A stretch of DNA of 64,000 nt. It comes from Nannocystales bacterium (GTDB taxonomy: Bacteria; Myxococcota_A; Polyangia; Nannocystales; Nannocystaceae). This document shows positions 13,823-22,653 of the stretch, piece by piece (the first letter of the stretch is position 1; the number at the start of each line of letters is the position of its first letter). The DNA lies in assembly GCA_050633305.1 (NCBI GenBank), contig JBOEGF010000032.1, positions 32,001 to 96,000 on the forward strand, written 5' to 3'. The translations under genes were made by a program, and so were the position numbers. Under the pieces are notes generated by a model. The model was given only the letters and a program-made list of their open reading frames with translations. It was not told the origin of the DNA and searched no databases.

Positions 13823-15265
13823 CTACTTTGCTTTGCACGCCTTGAGAAGGGCACGAACGTCAGCGTCTTCAGGCTTAAGCTTGAACGCCTGATCCACCTG
13901 ATGCTTTGCAGTGCTCACTTGTCCCGCGGCCAGGAACGCGTACCCGATCCAAACGTGCAGCCGTACGGCGTCGGCGGGCCGGACCTTGGTCCCTGTGGCC
14001 TGGGAGACCCGAAGCGCCTCTAGAGCCCGCATCGCCAGGTCCCGGCCCATGCTGGAATCCCCCTGACGGACCGCAAACGCAGCGTGCGCCAAGTGTTCAG
14101 CGGTCGGCATCGCGTCGGCGGCTTCGAGAAGCCAGGGGAGCGCCTCCGCCAGCTGTCCCAGATCGAGTCGCTGTTGGGCGCGGGCGTAGGCCTCCGTCCC
14201 GCGCTTCTCCCGCGCGGCGAGGCGCACAGCATCCCACTTGGCGGCGAGCTGTTCGTTGCCGGGATCGGCCCGCTTGGCGAGGAGGTAGAGGTTTGCCGCT
14301 TTGGCGAGGTTGCCCTCCTTCTCGGCTGCTTCAGCCGCGTGAAGCATCGCCCCCGCCTCGGCCTGCATCTTCTCCTGCATGGCGACGCGCTGCCGCTTCG
14401 CACGGGCCCGAGTCCGGTCTTCACGACGAACGGCGGCGGCGGCCTCCCGAGCCTCACGAGCTTCGGCGGCCTCGGCCTCGAACTGAAGGCGCGCGCGAGC
14501 ATCGTCCTCGATTCGGCGGTCGACCCAGGGCGCGCGGACGTCCTCTCGTCTGAGCTCCGCGTATGCGGCCTTCGCCTCACGGAACAACGAAGCCAGAATC
14601 GGCCGGAACGAGCCGAGATCTCGACCGTGATACGCGTCCGGGTGCAGGGCGCGGCTCGTGTCGTGAAACGCCCGCTTGATCGCTTTCGTATCGTGCGTCG
14701 GCAGGATCCCGAGGATCTCGAACTGAGACATCGACTCATGGCCGTCGGCCATGGCCAGAATCCAACGCTGCCGTTGCGCATCGATCGGCCCGGACGGGTC
14801 CAGCCGCGGATCGTCGCGGCCCACCATCTGACGCTCGATCCGCTCCAGTGAGTCGGTGCCTTGTGCGGAGCTCTCGTCGTCCTCAGGCTGCCCCTGCGGG
14901 ACAGGCTCAGGCTCGGATCGCACTGTGTTCTGCGGGGCTCGGCCCCCGTTGCGGAGCCTGTCCGTCAGCGCCTTCAACTTGCGGGTCTGCGCGGCCGTCC
15001 GCAGCCCTTTCTTGCCCTGAGCCGAAGAGGCTGCAGCAACCGGCGCCGAGGGCCGGGCGGAGCAAGGCTCGAGTGCGCCAGCCCGGACGAGTTTTGCGAC
15101 GCTCTTCGAGGCCTCACCCGACGGCAGGCCGCACGCTCGCACGAGATCGCCGACCTTGACGGGCCCCTCGACGCGACTGAGGACGAAGTAGTCCTGCGGT
15201 GTCAGGTCGAGGTTGGCCGGGAGCGGACTGCTCTGCCGAACGTGCTGCGCGGGGTCGAGGTCCAT
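13823..15265 (-). CDS. J-domain protein with N-terminal wHTH-like and C-terminal TPR regions
   Basis: FEILGI...IKRAF...LHPD J-domain; TPR-like helices; directly upstream of dnaK. Confidence 0.85.
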   Translation of the reverse strand: MDLDPAQHVRQSSPLPANLDLTPQDYFVLSRVEGPVKVGDLVRACGLPSGEASKSVAKLVRAGALEPCSARPSAPVAAASSAQGKKGLRTAAQTRKLKALTDRLRNGGRAPQNTVRSEPEPVPQGQPEDDESSAQGTDSLERIERQMVGRDDPRLDPSGPIDAQRQRWILAMADGHESMSQFEILGILPTHDTKAIKRAFHDTSRALHPDAYHGRDLGSFRPILASLFREAKAAYAELRREDVRAPWVDRRIEDDARARLQFEAEAAEAREAREAAAAVRREDRTRARAKRQRVAMQEKMQAEAGAMLHAAEAAEKEGNLAKAANLYLLAKRADPGNEQLAAKWDAVRLAAREKRGTEAYARAQQRLDLGQLAEALPWLLEAADAMPTAEHLAHAAFAVRQGDSSMGRDLAMRALEALRVSQATGTKVRPADAVRLHVWIGYAFLAAGQVSTAKHQVDQAFKLKPEDADVRALLKACKAK

Positions 15266-15338
15266 CGGCGGCCCCCGATTGTAGCCCACATGCGGTCACA
15301 TCTGGCGTCATGTCCGCCGGAACGTCCGGTCAGTCCGG

Positions 15339-16121
15339 TCAGTCCGGCACGGTGCCGTCGACTCGGTACCGCGCCATATCCAAGTGGAAGTGATTGCGAT
15401 GCAGGCGGTCGAACGCGGGCGTGAGGACGACCGAGAAGATGTCCTCGTCGACCGCCCGTCGCGCGATCCCCTGCAGGAAGCGCTCGGACGGCGTGTCGGG
15501 AGCGCCTGGTTCACCGTAGTGCCCCAGGACAGGGATCTCCTTGCCACCCTTGAGCGTGAAGCTCCGGATGTCGATCGCGTTGGCGTAGCTATGCTCGCTG
15601 ACCCAACCCGGGTACGCGGCCATCTCGCGGCAGTTGTAGGTGCCCATGTGACGGATCTTCGCCACGGGCCGGCCCAGGTGCTTGCGCGCCTCCTCCTGCA
15701 CCACGACCTCGAACCTCGACAGCGCCAGGGCAACCGGGCACGACACCTTGGGCTTGCCGGTCCACCGGATCGCTCCGGGTCCGGACCTGAAGCGCACGGC
15801 CTGAGGCGCGCCGCAGGTGATGCCCGACTTGTTCTCGTGGACCGGCAGTCGGCTGGAATCGAACTTGACCCCGGCAGACTCGAGCCGTTCTTCACAGGCA
15901 GCGATGACCTCCGGCGGCCCGACGATCCCGTCGTCCTCCGTATCCTCGGTCGAGGGCGCTCGGAAGACACCGTCGTCCGGCTCGAGCTGCTCGCCCGGTT
16001 GGACCTGCTCGGGTGTGTCCGCGGGCGCCTGTTCCTGTTCCCGCTCCGGGGGTTCGGCGGCTCTCAGCGCGGCCAATGCCGCCACGAACGCCGGGCCAAA
16101 CCAGATCTTCAGGGGAACCAT
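15339..16121 (-). CDS. Extensin-like C-terminal domain protein (exported, peptidase M15-like)
   Basis: Signal-like N-terminus, GTYNCR, SEHSYANAIDI, HRNHFHLD. Confidence 0.8.
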   Translation of the reverse strand: MVPLKIWFGPAFVAALAALRAAEPPEREQEQAPADTPEQVQPGEQLEPDDGVFRAPSTEDTEDDGIVGPPEVIAACEERLESAGVKFDSSRLPVHENKSGITCGAPQAVRFRSGPGAIRWTGKPKVSCPVALALSRFEVVVQEEARKHLGRPVAKIRHMGTYNCREMAAYPGWVSEHSYANAIDIRSFTLKGGKEIPVLGHYGEPGAPDTPSERFLQGIARRAVDEDIFSVVLTPAFDRLHRNHFHLDMARYRVDGTVPD

Positions 16122-16192
16122 CCAACGTCAGCATACGTCCCAGGGACGCACTCCGATCTAATCGGCCGCCGCGAGCGTCGAATTGGGGCACG

Positions 16193-17329
16193 ATGTCGAG
16201 GATGACGCGTGCGTCCGTCGTGCTCCTGCTCGCCCTGACCGCTTGCCGGCCCTCGACTTCGCCCACGGCGCCCGCAGCGCAAGGCTCCACGGGCCCCCAA
16301 GTGTCGTCGCTCTCGCATGTGGATGCCGAGCGCGCCGAGGCCATGCACCGCCTGCTCGAGGCCGCAAAGACGAACGCCGTCGCGCCCGTGCTCGACAACG
16401 CCTCCCCTCGCCTGACGGACGAACTGACCGCCGCGACACTCCAGGCGTCGTTGGTCGAGCTCACGACGAAACTCGGTTCGCCGTTGGGCATCGTGGAGGA
16501 GCAGGTGTTCTCCGAGGGAGACGCCCGCTGGTACTCCGGGCTGGCCTTGCATGGCCAGCCCAGCGGCGGCGGAGTGCTGACCCCCGTCCTGTATCAGTTC
16601 TCGCTCGACACCCAGGGTCGCCTCGACACGTTGCTCGTCCGTGAGCACTGGTTCATCGAGAACGTCCGGCATCCCGCCGAGGCGTACCTTCCGGTCTCCC
16701 GCTTCCGCCTGCCTTCAAAGGGCACGTGGTACGTCCTTCATGGCGGCCGCGCCCGTGCGACGAACTACCACCACGGCAACACGCACCAACGCTGGGCCTT
16801 CGACCTGGTCGTCAAGCGTGACGGACGACAACGAGAGCGCGGCAGCGACCGCCACCGCAACGAGAGCTACTTCGCCCACGGCCAAGACCTCCTCGCCCCG
16901 GCTGCCGGCACCGTCATTCACGTCGTCGACGGCATCCCGGAGAATCGCCCGCCCGAGCGTGGCCGAGCCGGGGGCAACGGACTGATCATCGACCACGGGT
17001 TTGGGGAATACTCCGCCCTGTGGCACGCCATCCCAGGCTCCCTCGAAGTCGAGGTCGGTGACCGCGTCGAGACGGGGCAGCGTGTCGCCAAGGTCGGGAA
17101 CAGCGGCCGCTCGACGGGCCCCCATATCCACTGGCATGTCTCCTACCGGCTTCCGGGGGAGACCACAGAGGTTTTTGGTCTCCCCGCCGACATGACCAAC
17201 ATCGTGGTCGACAACACCTGGCACGAGCACAAGATGCCCGTCCGTGGGCAATACATCCGCGCCGCGGGGCGACCGAAGATCGAGATCAAACCGGTCGCGC
17301 GCGCTCCGGTGGTCTTCGTCGACCTCTAG
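16193..17329 (+). CDS. M23-family metallopeptidase lipoprotein
   Basis: Lipobox LTAC; APAAGTV, GNGLIIDHG, GNSGRSTGPHIH. Confidence 0.85.
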   Translation: MSRMTRASVVLLLALTACRPSTSPTAPAAQGSTGPQVSSLSHVDAERAEAMHRLLEAAKTNAVAPVLDNASPRLTDELTAATLQASLVELTTKLGSPLGIVEEQVFSEGDARWYSGLALHGQPSGGGVLTPVLYQFSLDTQGRLDTLLVREHWFIENVRHPAEAYLPVSRFRLPSKGTWYVLHGGRARATNYHHGNTHQRWAFDLVVKRDGRQRERGSDRHRNESYFAHGQDLLAPAAGTVIHVVDGIPENRPPERGRAGGNGLIIDHGFGEYSALWHAIPGSLEVEVGDRVETGQRVAKVGNSGRSTGPHIHWHVSYRLPGETTEVFGLPADMTNIVVDNTWHEHKMPVRGQYIRAAGRPKIEIKPVARAPVVFVDL

Positions 17330-17380
17330 CGGCCGCCCCGGGACGCCCCCGGCCTCACAGACTCGGGGAGCAGCGCTGGA

Positions 17381-18298
17381 TTAGCGGGGCTCGTTCTTCT
17401 TGGCCCGGGGGTGGGCTGACTCGTACACATCGAGCAGCTTGCCCAGGCTCAGGTGGGTGTAGCGCTGGGTGGTCGACAGGCTCGCATGACCGAGCATGGA
17501 CTGAATGGTCCGCAGGTCCGCACCGCTCTCGAGCAGGTGGGTCGCAAAGCTGTGCCGCAGCCCGTGCGGTCCGACCCGCGCCCGCGCACCCGTCTGCTCG
17601 CATCGGCGGTACACCAAGCCGCGAATCGAGCGAGGACCCATCCGCCCCCCCCGATCGCCGAGGAACAGCGCATGCGCTGGAGATTTGGGCCGCACCAGCG
17701 CCGCACGAACATCGAGGTAGCTGCGCAGTGCATCCGCGGCCCGAGTTCCCAGCGGCACAAGTCGCTCCTTGCCGCCTTTGCCACGGACCACCCGCACCTT
17801 CGGATTCGCATCACGCAGCTCTACGTCGCCGATGTCGAGCTGCGAACACTCCGAAACCCGGAGCCCTGCCCCGTAGAGCACCTCGAGGATCGCCCGATCT
17901 CGAACACCTCGCGGACCGGGGCGATGCGCTTGGTCGATCATGTCGCCGACGTCTTCGACCGGGAGTGCGACGGGCAGCTTGTGGCGTCGCTTCGGGCTGC
18001 TGACCAGCACGACCTCGTTCTCTTCGAGCTCCCCGCGACGTAGGAGGAACTCCCCAAAACTACGAAGCGCAGACAGTTTGCGCGCGATCGTCGACGACGC
18101 GGTCTTGCCGTGGAGGTCCGCCAAATGCGCTCGAACGTTCCGCGCACTCAGATCGCGCAGGGTTGGCTCGCACTCCCGCCGCTCCTCCACCGACGACGCG
18201 AACGCGTTGAGATCCCCACGGTAGGCGCGCAACGTGTGCTTGGACGCCCGGACTTCTGCCCGGAGGTGTTCCAAGAATCGTTCGATCGCTGCACGCAC
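17381..18298 (-). CDS. xerC: Tyrosine recombinase XerC
   Basis: SKHTLRAY, ARKLSALRSF, LYGAGLRVSE, GKGGKER, PHGLRHSFATHLLESGADLR, LGHASLSTTQRYTH. Confidence 0.92.
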   Translation of the reverse strand: MRAAIERFLEHLRAEVRASKHTLRAYRGDLNAFASSVEERRECEPTLRDLSARNVRAHLADLHGKTASSTIARKLSALRSFGEFLLRRGELEENEVVLVSSPKRRHKLPVALPVEDVGDMIDQAHRPGPRGVRDRAILEVLYGAGLRVSECSQLDIGDVELRDANPKVRVVRGKGGKERLVPLGTRAADALRSYLDVRAALVRPKSPAHALFLGDRGGRMGPRSIRGLVYRRCEQTGARARVGPHGLRHSFATHLLESGADLRTIQSMLGHASLSTTQRYTHLSLGKLLDVYESAHPRAKKNEPR

Positions 18299-18335
18299 GC
18301 TCCGATCCTAGCAACTCCAGTCGCCAGGACGAAGT

Positions 18336-18974
18336 TCAGCGCGCATCGAAGGGCGCGAACGCGTCGTCGCGGCGAAGCTTCGCCAACAGCGCCAATCTGG
18401 AGCTGAACCCCAGCTTCCGCAGAAGGTTGGCGACATGGAACTTCACCGTTCGAGGGGTCACTTGCAGGGCTTCGGCCATCCCGATGGTTTGTCGGCCGTC
18501 CAACAGAAGGCGGAGGATTTCGCCCTCGCGCGGCGTCAGCTCTGAGATATCCAACCCCGGCGCCCGGCGCTGCGGCTGGGACTCCCCGACCGCATCCAAA
18601 CACCGCCTCATCACCGCCGTGCCCTCCGCGGCGCGATGCAAGGCGCCGCGAATCGCGGCGGCGGAGACCGGCTTTCGCAGGCAGGCGTAGACCCCGACGA
18701 AGAACGCCTCTCGGACGACGTCGGTCGAAAGATCGTGACCGACCACCACCGCCCGGCACGGGCGTTGCGCCTCGTGCAGCTGCAGCAGCACGTCGTACGC
18801 CTGCGGGTCCTCGTCGACGTCGAGCAGGACGGCATCCGGTTCTTCGGATGCCAGCAACGAGGCGGCCTCGACCGCCGCATGCGGACCCCGGACGTTGAAG
18901 TCGAACTCACCCAGGTTGCCGCCGGGGAATTCCGCGCCGGCGTGAGCGATGAACAGGATCTTCGGTCCGGACAT
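18336..18974 (-). CDS. LuxR/NarL-family regulator with atypical receiver domain
   Basis: HTH LTPREGEILRLLLDG...TVKFHVANLLRKLG; REC-like LLD...KP lacking the N-terminal acidic pair; ATG overlaps the hydrolase stop. Confidence 0.87.
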   Translation of the reverse strand: MSGPKILFIAHAGAEFPGGNLGEFDFNVRGPHAAVEAASLLASEEPDAVLLDVDEDPQAYDVLLQLHEAQRPCRAVVVGHDLSTDVVREAFFVGVYACLRKPVSAAAIRGALHRAAEGTAVMRRCLDAVGESQPQRRAPGLDISELTPREGEILRLLLDGRQTIGMAEALQVTPRTVKFHVANLLRKLGFSSRLALLAKLRRDDAFAPFDAR

Positions 18975-20059
18975 CAGGGGTCTGATTCTACCGCGGGCTC
19001 GCACGCAAAGTAGTACGAGGATCCGTAGTCGAAGAACTCGAACATTTCCCCGTAGACCGCGTCGACCGTGTCAGGGTCTCCGATGTACGGCGCATGGCCA
19101 GCCCCGGGGAGGACGCGTAGCTCGTGGGGGCCTCCGTAGTCGGCCGCCAGTGCCTGGACATCCTCGTACGGCGTAATGGGGTCTGCATCCCCCCACAACT
19201 GGAGCAGAGGACGAACACCTGCTTCCGCGGGGAGGACGGGGAGCTCAAATCCCTCGAGCGTCGGGCCGGTCGCGTACACCTCGGGGAACGTGCTGAACCC
19301 GACTTCCGCAGCCGCCGGATCGGCACCAGCCAGAATCAGCCCGTAGGCCGCCGGATCGGTTTCGACATACCCATCGGGAGCGGATTCGAATAATGCCAGT
19401 ACCTCGGGGCTGAAGAACACCGATTCGAACAATGGTGTGACCGACTCGTACACCATTGCCTGGACTGCCACCCGACCAATGTGCGATGGGGACGTTGGGC
19501 TTTGTGTACCGGCCAGCCCGACGGCAAGCGACGCTCCGAAGCTTGTTCCGAAGAGATCGACACGAGGCACCCCGCGTGCGTACCGAATACGCTCGACGAT
19601 CTCTGCGGCGTGTACCAAGGAACGCTCGGTCGTCACATCTGCGCCGTCCTCGGGAATCGAGCTGCCTGGATACCCTTCGTACGTGACCGCGTAGGCGAAG
19701 AACCCAGCCTCTGCGACCTCGTCGAGCGCATTGAGCCGGCTCTGCGGATCGACGTCCAGGTCATACATTCCTCCGGTGACCAACGTTCCGGGCAACATCA
19801 CGACCGCACGCCGCGGAAACCGTAGCGCGGCCGCCGGGGTGAAGCGCTCGGTCACATGCAGGACCGCACCGTCCTCGAGTTCGACGTCGTGCTCGATCGT
19901 CCACGATTGTTCACAGAACGCACCGCCGCGATGCACGGCTTCTTCCGCGAGGCCTTCATCAATCCACTGTTCCGGCACCAGGGCCGCATTCGTGCCGGCC
20001 GGCTCGCAACCAGCCAGGCAAAGGAGGAGAGGAAGAAACGAGCGTGAAGTTTTCGACAT
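18974..20059 (-). CDS. Alpha/beta-hydrolase lipoprotein
   Basis: Lipobox LAGC; nucleophile elbow GTSFG, GDAD acid, GAGH histidine. Confidence 0.82.
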   Translation of the reverse strand: MSKTSRSFLPLLLCLAGCEPAGTNAALVPEQWIDEGLAEEAVHRGGAFCEQSWTIEHDVELEDGAVLHVTERFTPAAALRFPRRAVVMLPGTLVTGGMYDLDVDPQSRLNALDEVAEAGFFAYAVTYEGYPGSSIPEDGADVTTERSLVHAAEIVERIRYARGVPRVDLFGTSFGASLAVGLAGTQSPTSPSHIGRVAVQAMVYESVTPLFESVFFSPEVLALFESAPDGYVETDPAAYGLILAGADPAAAEVGFSTFPEVYATGPTLEGFELPVLPAEAGVRPLLQLWGDADPITPYEDVQALAADYGGPHELRVLPGAGHAPYIGDPDTVDAVYGEMFEFFDYGSSYYFACEPAVESDP

Positions 20060-20064
20060 ATTGA

Positions 20065-20080
20065 TGTATCCCCGGATACA
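20065..20080. promoter_or_regulatory. Perfect inverted repeat, probable transcription-factor operator
   Basis: TGTATCC-CC-GGATACA in the AT-richer divergent intergenic region. Confidence 0.55.
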
Positions 20081-20176
20081 CACAATGAACCGCCCAATCG
20101 TCGGCCGCCATGGTCTTCACAATTCAGTTCGCGCGGGCCGGTGCGGTCCGAGGCTGCGCGAGCGCCCCTCGCCTCC

Positions 20177-20605
20177 GTGATCGTCTCCGAGCTGATCTCA
20201 CCGGTCCTGTTCGTACGCTGGCAGTCTCGCTGCGATGTCGCCGACGTCGACCGCATTACGCAGGCGATCGAGTCCGCGTACAAGAGCGTCGGAGAGGACC
20301 TCGTGTACATCGCGTCGATCCCCATCGGCGTGCCTCCGCCGGAAGCCGATGCCCGTGCAGCGATGCGTCAGGGAGCGGAACACGCGAGCCAGCGCTGCGG
20401 TTCGGTCCACGTCGTCATCGAGGGGCACGGCCTCCGTCGGGCGATCATCCGAAGTGTCTCCGCAGGACTTCTTCTTGCGACACGTGCGTCATTCTCCATC
20501 CACACGGACGCAGAAGAGGCTCTTCAAGCGGCGAGTCAAAACATCCCGTTCGAACTCCCGCACGTTCTGGCCGTTGCAAAAGAAAAGGGACTGGTGGCTG
20601 CATGA
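20177..20605 (+). CDS. Uncharacterised small protein (STAS/SEC14-like), paralogue of 27284..27742
   Basis: Shares FVRW, VxPPxxDxRAxM and CxxVHxVIEGxGxRRAxxRS with the 27284 protein; start uncertain (20141 or 20177). Confidence 0.72.
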   Translation: MIVSELISPVLFVRWQSRCDVADVDRITQAIESAYKSVGEDLVYIASIPIGVPPPEADARAAMRQGAEHASQRCGSVHVVIEGHGLRRAIIRSVSAGLLLATRASFSIHTDAEEALQAASQNIPFELPHVLAVAKEKGLVAA

Positions 20606-21600
20606 CTCAACACGACGACCCCGCTGCGCATCTGGCGACGATGCTCGACGGATTCCGGATTCCTCAATGCCTGTATGTTGCGTGCCAGCTCAACCTGGCG
20701 GCGCTCGTGCCACCGACGGGCCTCGAGACCGACGCTCTAGCGCAACTCGCCAGTGTTCACCCCGACGCGCTTCGGAGGCTGCTTCGCGCGCTCGCTACGG
20801 TGGGCGTTTTTCGTCCGACCGGAGACGATGCGTGGCTCCACACGCCCGCGAGCGAAGCGCTCGACCCCGAACACCCCGCAGGCCTCCACGACCGTGCAAT
20901 CGGGTTGGGTTCACTCGCCTGGGCATCATGGGGAGACTTGCTCAGCGCCGTGCAGACCGGCAAACCTTCGTTCGACTCGGTTCACGGGGCGCCATTCTTC
21001 GACCTACTGGGAGCCCAGCCTGAACTCGCAGCGGCATTTGGCCGAACGATGTCCTCGTGGACCCGTCAGACCGCGCGCGATGTCATTTCGACGTTCGACT
21101 TCGGCGCCTACGGACACGTGGTCGACATCGGGGGCGGCCACGGCATCCTGCTGGACGCGATCCTGGCTGCCGCTCCGAGCGTGAAAGGGACGCTGGTGGA
21201 TCGCCCCGAAGTCATCGGCACCAACGCCCCCGCCATGGGCGATGCACAGCGCTCGCGAGCGACCCTGAGCGCACTCGATGCGTTCAGCGACCCCCTCCCC
21301 TCCGCGGACGCCTACGTGTTGTCTTGGATTCTGCACGATTGGGACGACCAACGGTGCGTACAGTTGCTGTCTCGTTGTGCCCAGGCCAACCCGAGCGCCG
21401 ACATCGTCGTCGTGGAGATGTTGGTCGATGGCCCGGGGCCCGCGGCCACGTGGTTCGACCTGGAGATGCTCGTTCAGACCGGCGGTCGGGAACGAACGAC
21501 CGCCGAGTACCAATCACTGTTCCGCGCGGCAGGCAGAGAGGACGCGGAGGTCCTGCACACACCCGGAACCCACGCGGTGTTGTGCTCACGGGGAAGCTGA
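20602..21600 (+). CDS. SAM-dependent O-methyltransferase (COMT-like, with dimerisation domain)
   Basis: VVDIGGGHG, ILHDWDD, DLEMLVQTGGRERT; N-terminal LRRLLRALATVGVF. Confidence 0.9.
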   Translation: MTQHDDPAAHLATMLDGFRIPQCLYVACQLNLAALVPPTGLETDALAQLASVHPDALRRLLRALATVGVFRPTGDDAWLHTPASEALDPEHPAGLHDRAIGLGSLAWASWGDLLSAVQTGKPSFDSVHGAPFFDLLGAQPELAAAFGRTMSSWTRQTARDVISTFDFGAYGHVVDIGGGHGILLDAILAAAPSVKGTLVDRPEVIGTNAPAMGDAQRSRATLSALDAFSDPLPSADAYVLSWILHDWDDQRCVQLLSRCAQANPSADIVVVEMLVDGPGPAATWFDLEMLVQTGGRERTTAEYQSLFRAAGREDAEVLHTPGTHAVLCSRGS

Positions 21601-22653
21601 GAGCGCCACGTCGCCCCAACGCAACACCATCGCCATCGCGGTCGAAGCGCTTCCGACCGAATAGATCAGCACGAGTTCGCCCGGCTTGATTCGACCCTGC
21701 GACGCGGCGTGGTGAAGGTTCGCCATCATGAGCGCCGGACCGATGTTCGTCGTCCGCGGATAGACCGAAACCGTCTTTGACCGCTCGACACCGAGCACGT
21801 CCGCACAGAAGTCGGCATACCAAGCCGTCGGTGTGTTGAAGACAAATAGCGCGATGTCTGAGACCGAGACACCGGCGTCGGAGAGCGCGCCGTCGCACGC
21901 CGTTCGAAGGTAAGGTTCGGCCGTTTCGTGCAAGATGGCGCCAGCCCCTCGGGTGGTACGCATCTGCATTCGCGGCTCGCCTTGCTCGACGACGAGTTCG
22001 TGCACGAACGCGCCGCAGGTCTCGCGCGTGGAGATTCGGTGGGCACCCAGCGGGATCGCGACCCGATCCCCTCGCTCTACGACGAACGCGCCTGCACCAT
22101 CGCCGAGAAACCAGGACAACGAGTTCGTTTCCTCGACGTCGCGCGCGTAAGTACACGAGACCGACACGAGCACTCGGTTGGCGCGACCGCTCTCGACCAG
22201 GCCGCAGGCGAGGTCCACCCCCATCACGGCGCTGGAACACGCGGTCTCCAGGTTGATCGCGGGACACCTCAAGTCGAGCCGACGTCCGAGCCACGACGCG
22301 TCTCCGACGGCGATCGTGTCGGGGCGCATGGACGAGACGATCGCGAAGTCGCAGTCCTCGAGCCGACCCGACCACCCTTGTGCCAGGGCTTCGATCGCCT
22401 TCACGTGCAAATCGACACTCGCCGTTTCGCTGAGTTCGACCCGGCGCTCGACGCTCCCCTTGAACGGGTCCGCGCCGTAGGGCGCCATCGCCCGCTCGAA
22501 CAAGCTTCCCTTGCCCTCAGTCGCCCACAGGCGAGCCAGCGCATGCTGCTCGGCGTCGGCCACCATCTGCGGATGATGCTCCCGCCAGTAGTCGTTGGTG
22601 CGAAGGGTCGCTGGGAGCGCGACGGAGAGTGCGGATAGACCAACTTTTTTCAT
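21586..22653 (-). CDS. 3-oxoacyl-ACP synthase III-like condensing enzyme (furanolide-synthase-like)
   Basis: Catalytic Cys in ETACSS, GDGAGA, FNTPT in place of FabH HQAN, TNIGP; coupled to the ThDP enzyme. Confidence 0.85.
   Translation of the reverse strand: MKKVGLSALSVALPATLRTNDYWREHHPQMVADAEQHALARLWATEGKGSLFERAMAPYGADPFKGSVERRVELSETASVDLHVKAIEALAQGWSGRLEDCDFAIVSSMRPDTIAVGDASWLGRRLDLRCPAINLETACSSAVMGVDLACGLVESGRANRVLVSVSCTYARDVEETNSLSWFLGDGAGAFVVERGDRVAIPLGAHRISTRETCGAFVHELVVEQGEPRMQMRTTRGAGAILHETAEPYLRTACDGALSDAGVSVSDIALFVFNTPTAWYADFCADVLGVERSKTVSVYPRTTNIGPALMMANLHHAASQGRIKPGELVLIYSVGSASTAMAMVLRWGDVALSASP

Noticed and set aside
15324..15347. 9-bp repeat GTCCGGTCA (about 2.7 copies)
   Set aside because: Small slippage duplication at a stop codon; no evident function
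17381..18298. Tyrosine recombinase as a phage or island integrase; nearby dif site
   Set aside because: Size and motifs fit housekeeping XerC; no att repeats, tRNA or dif-like 28-mer seen
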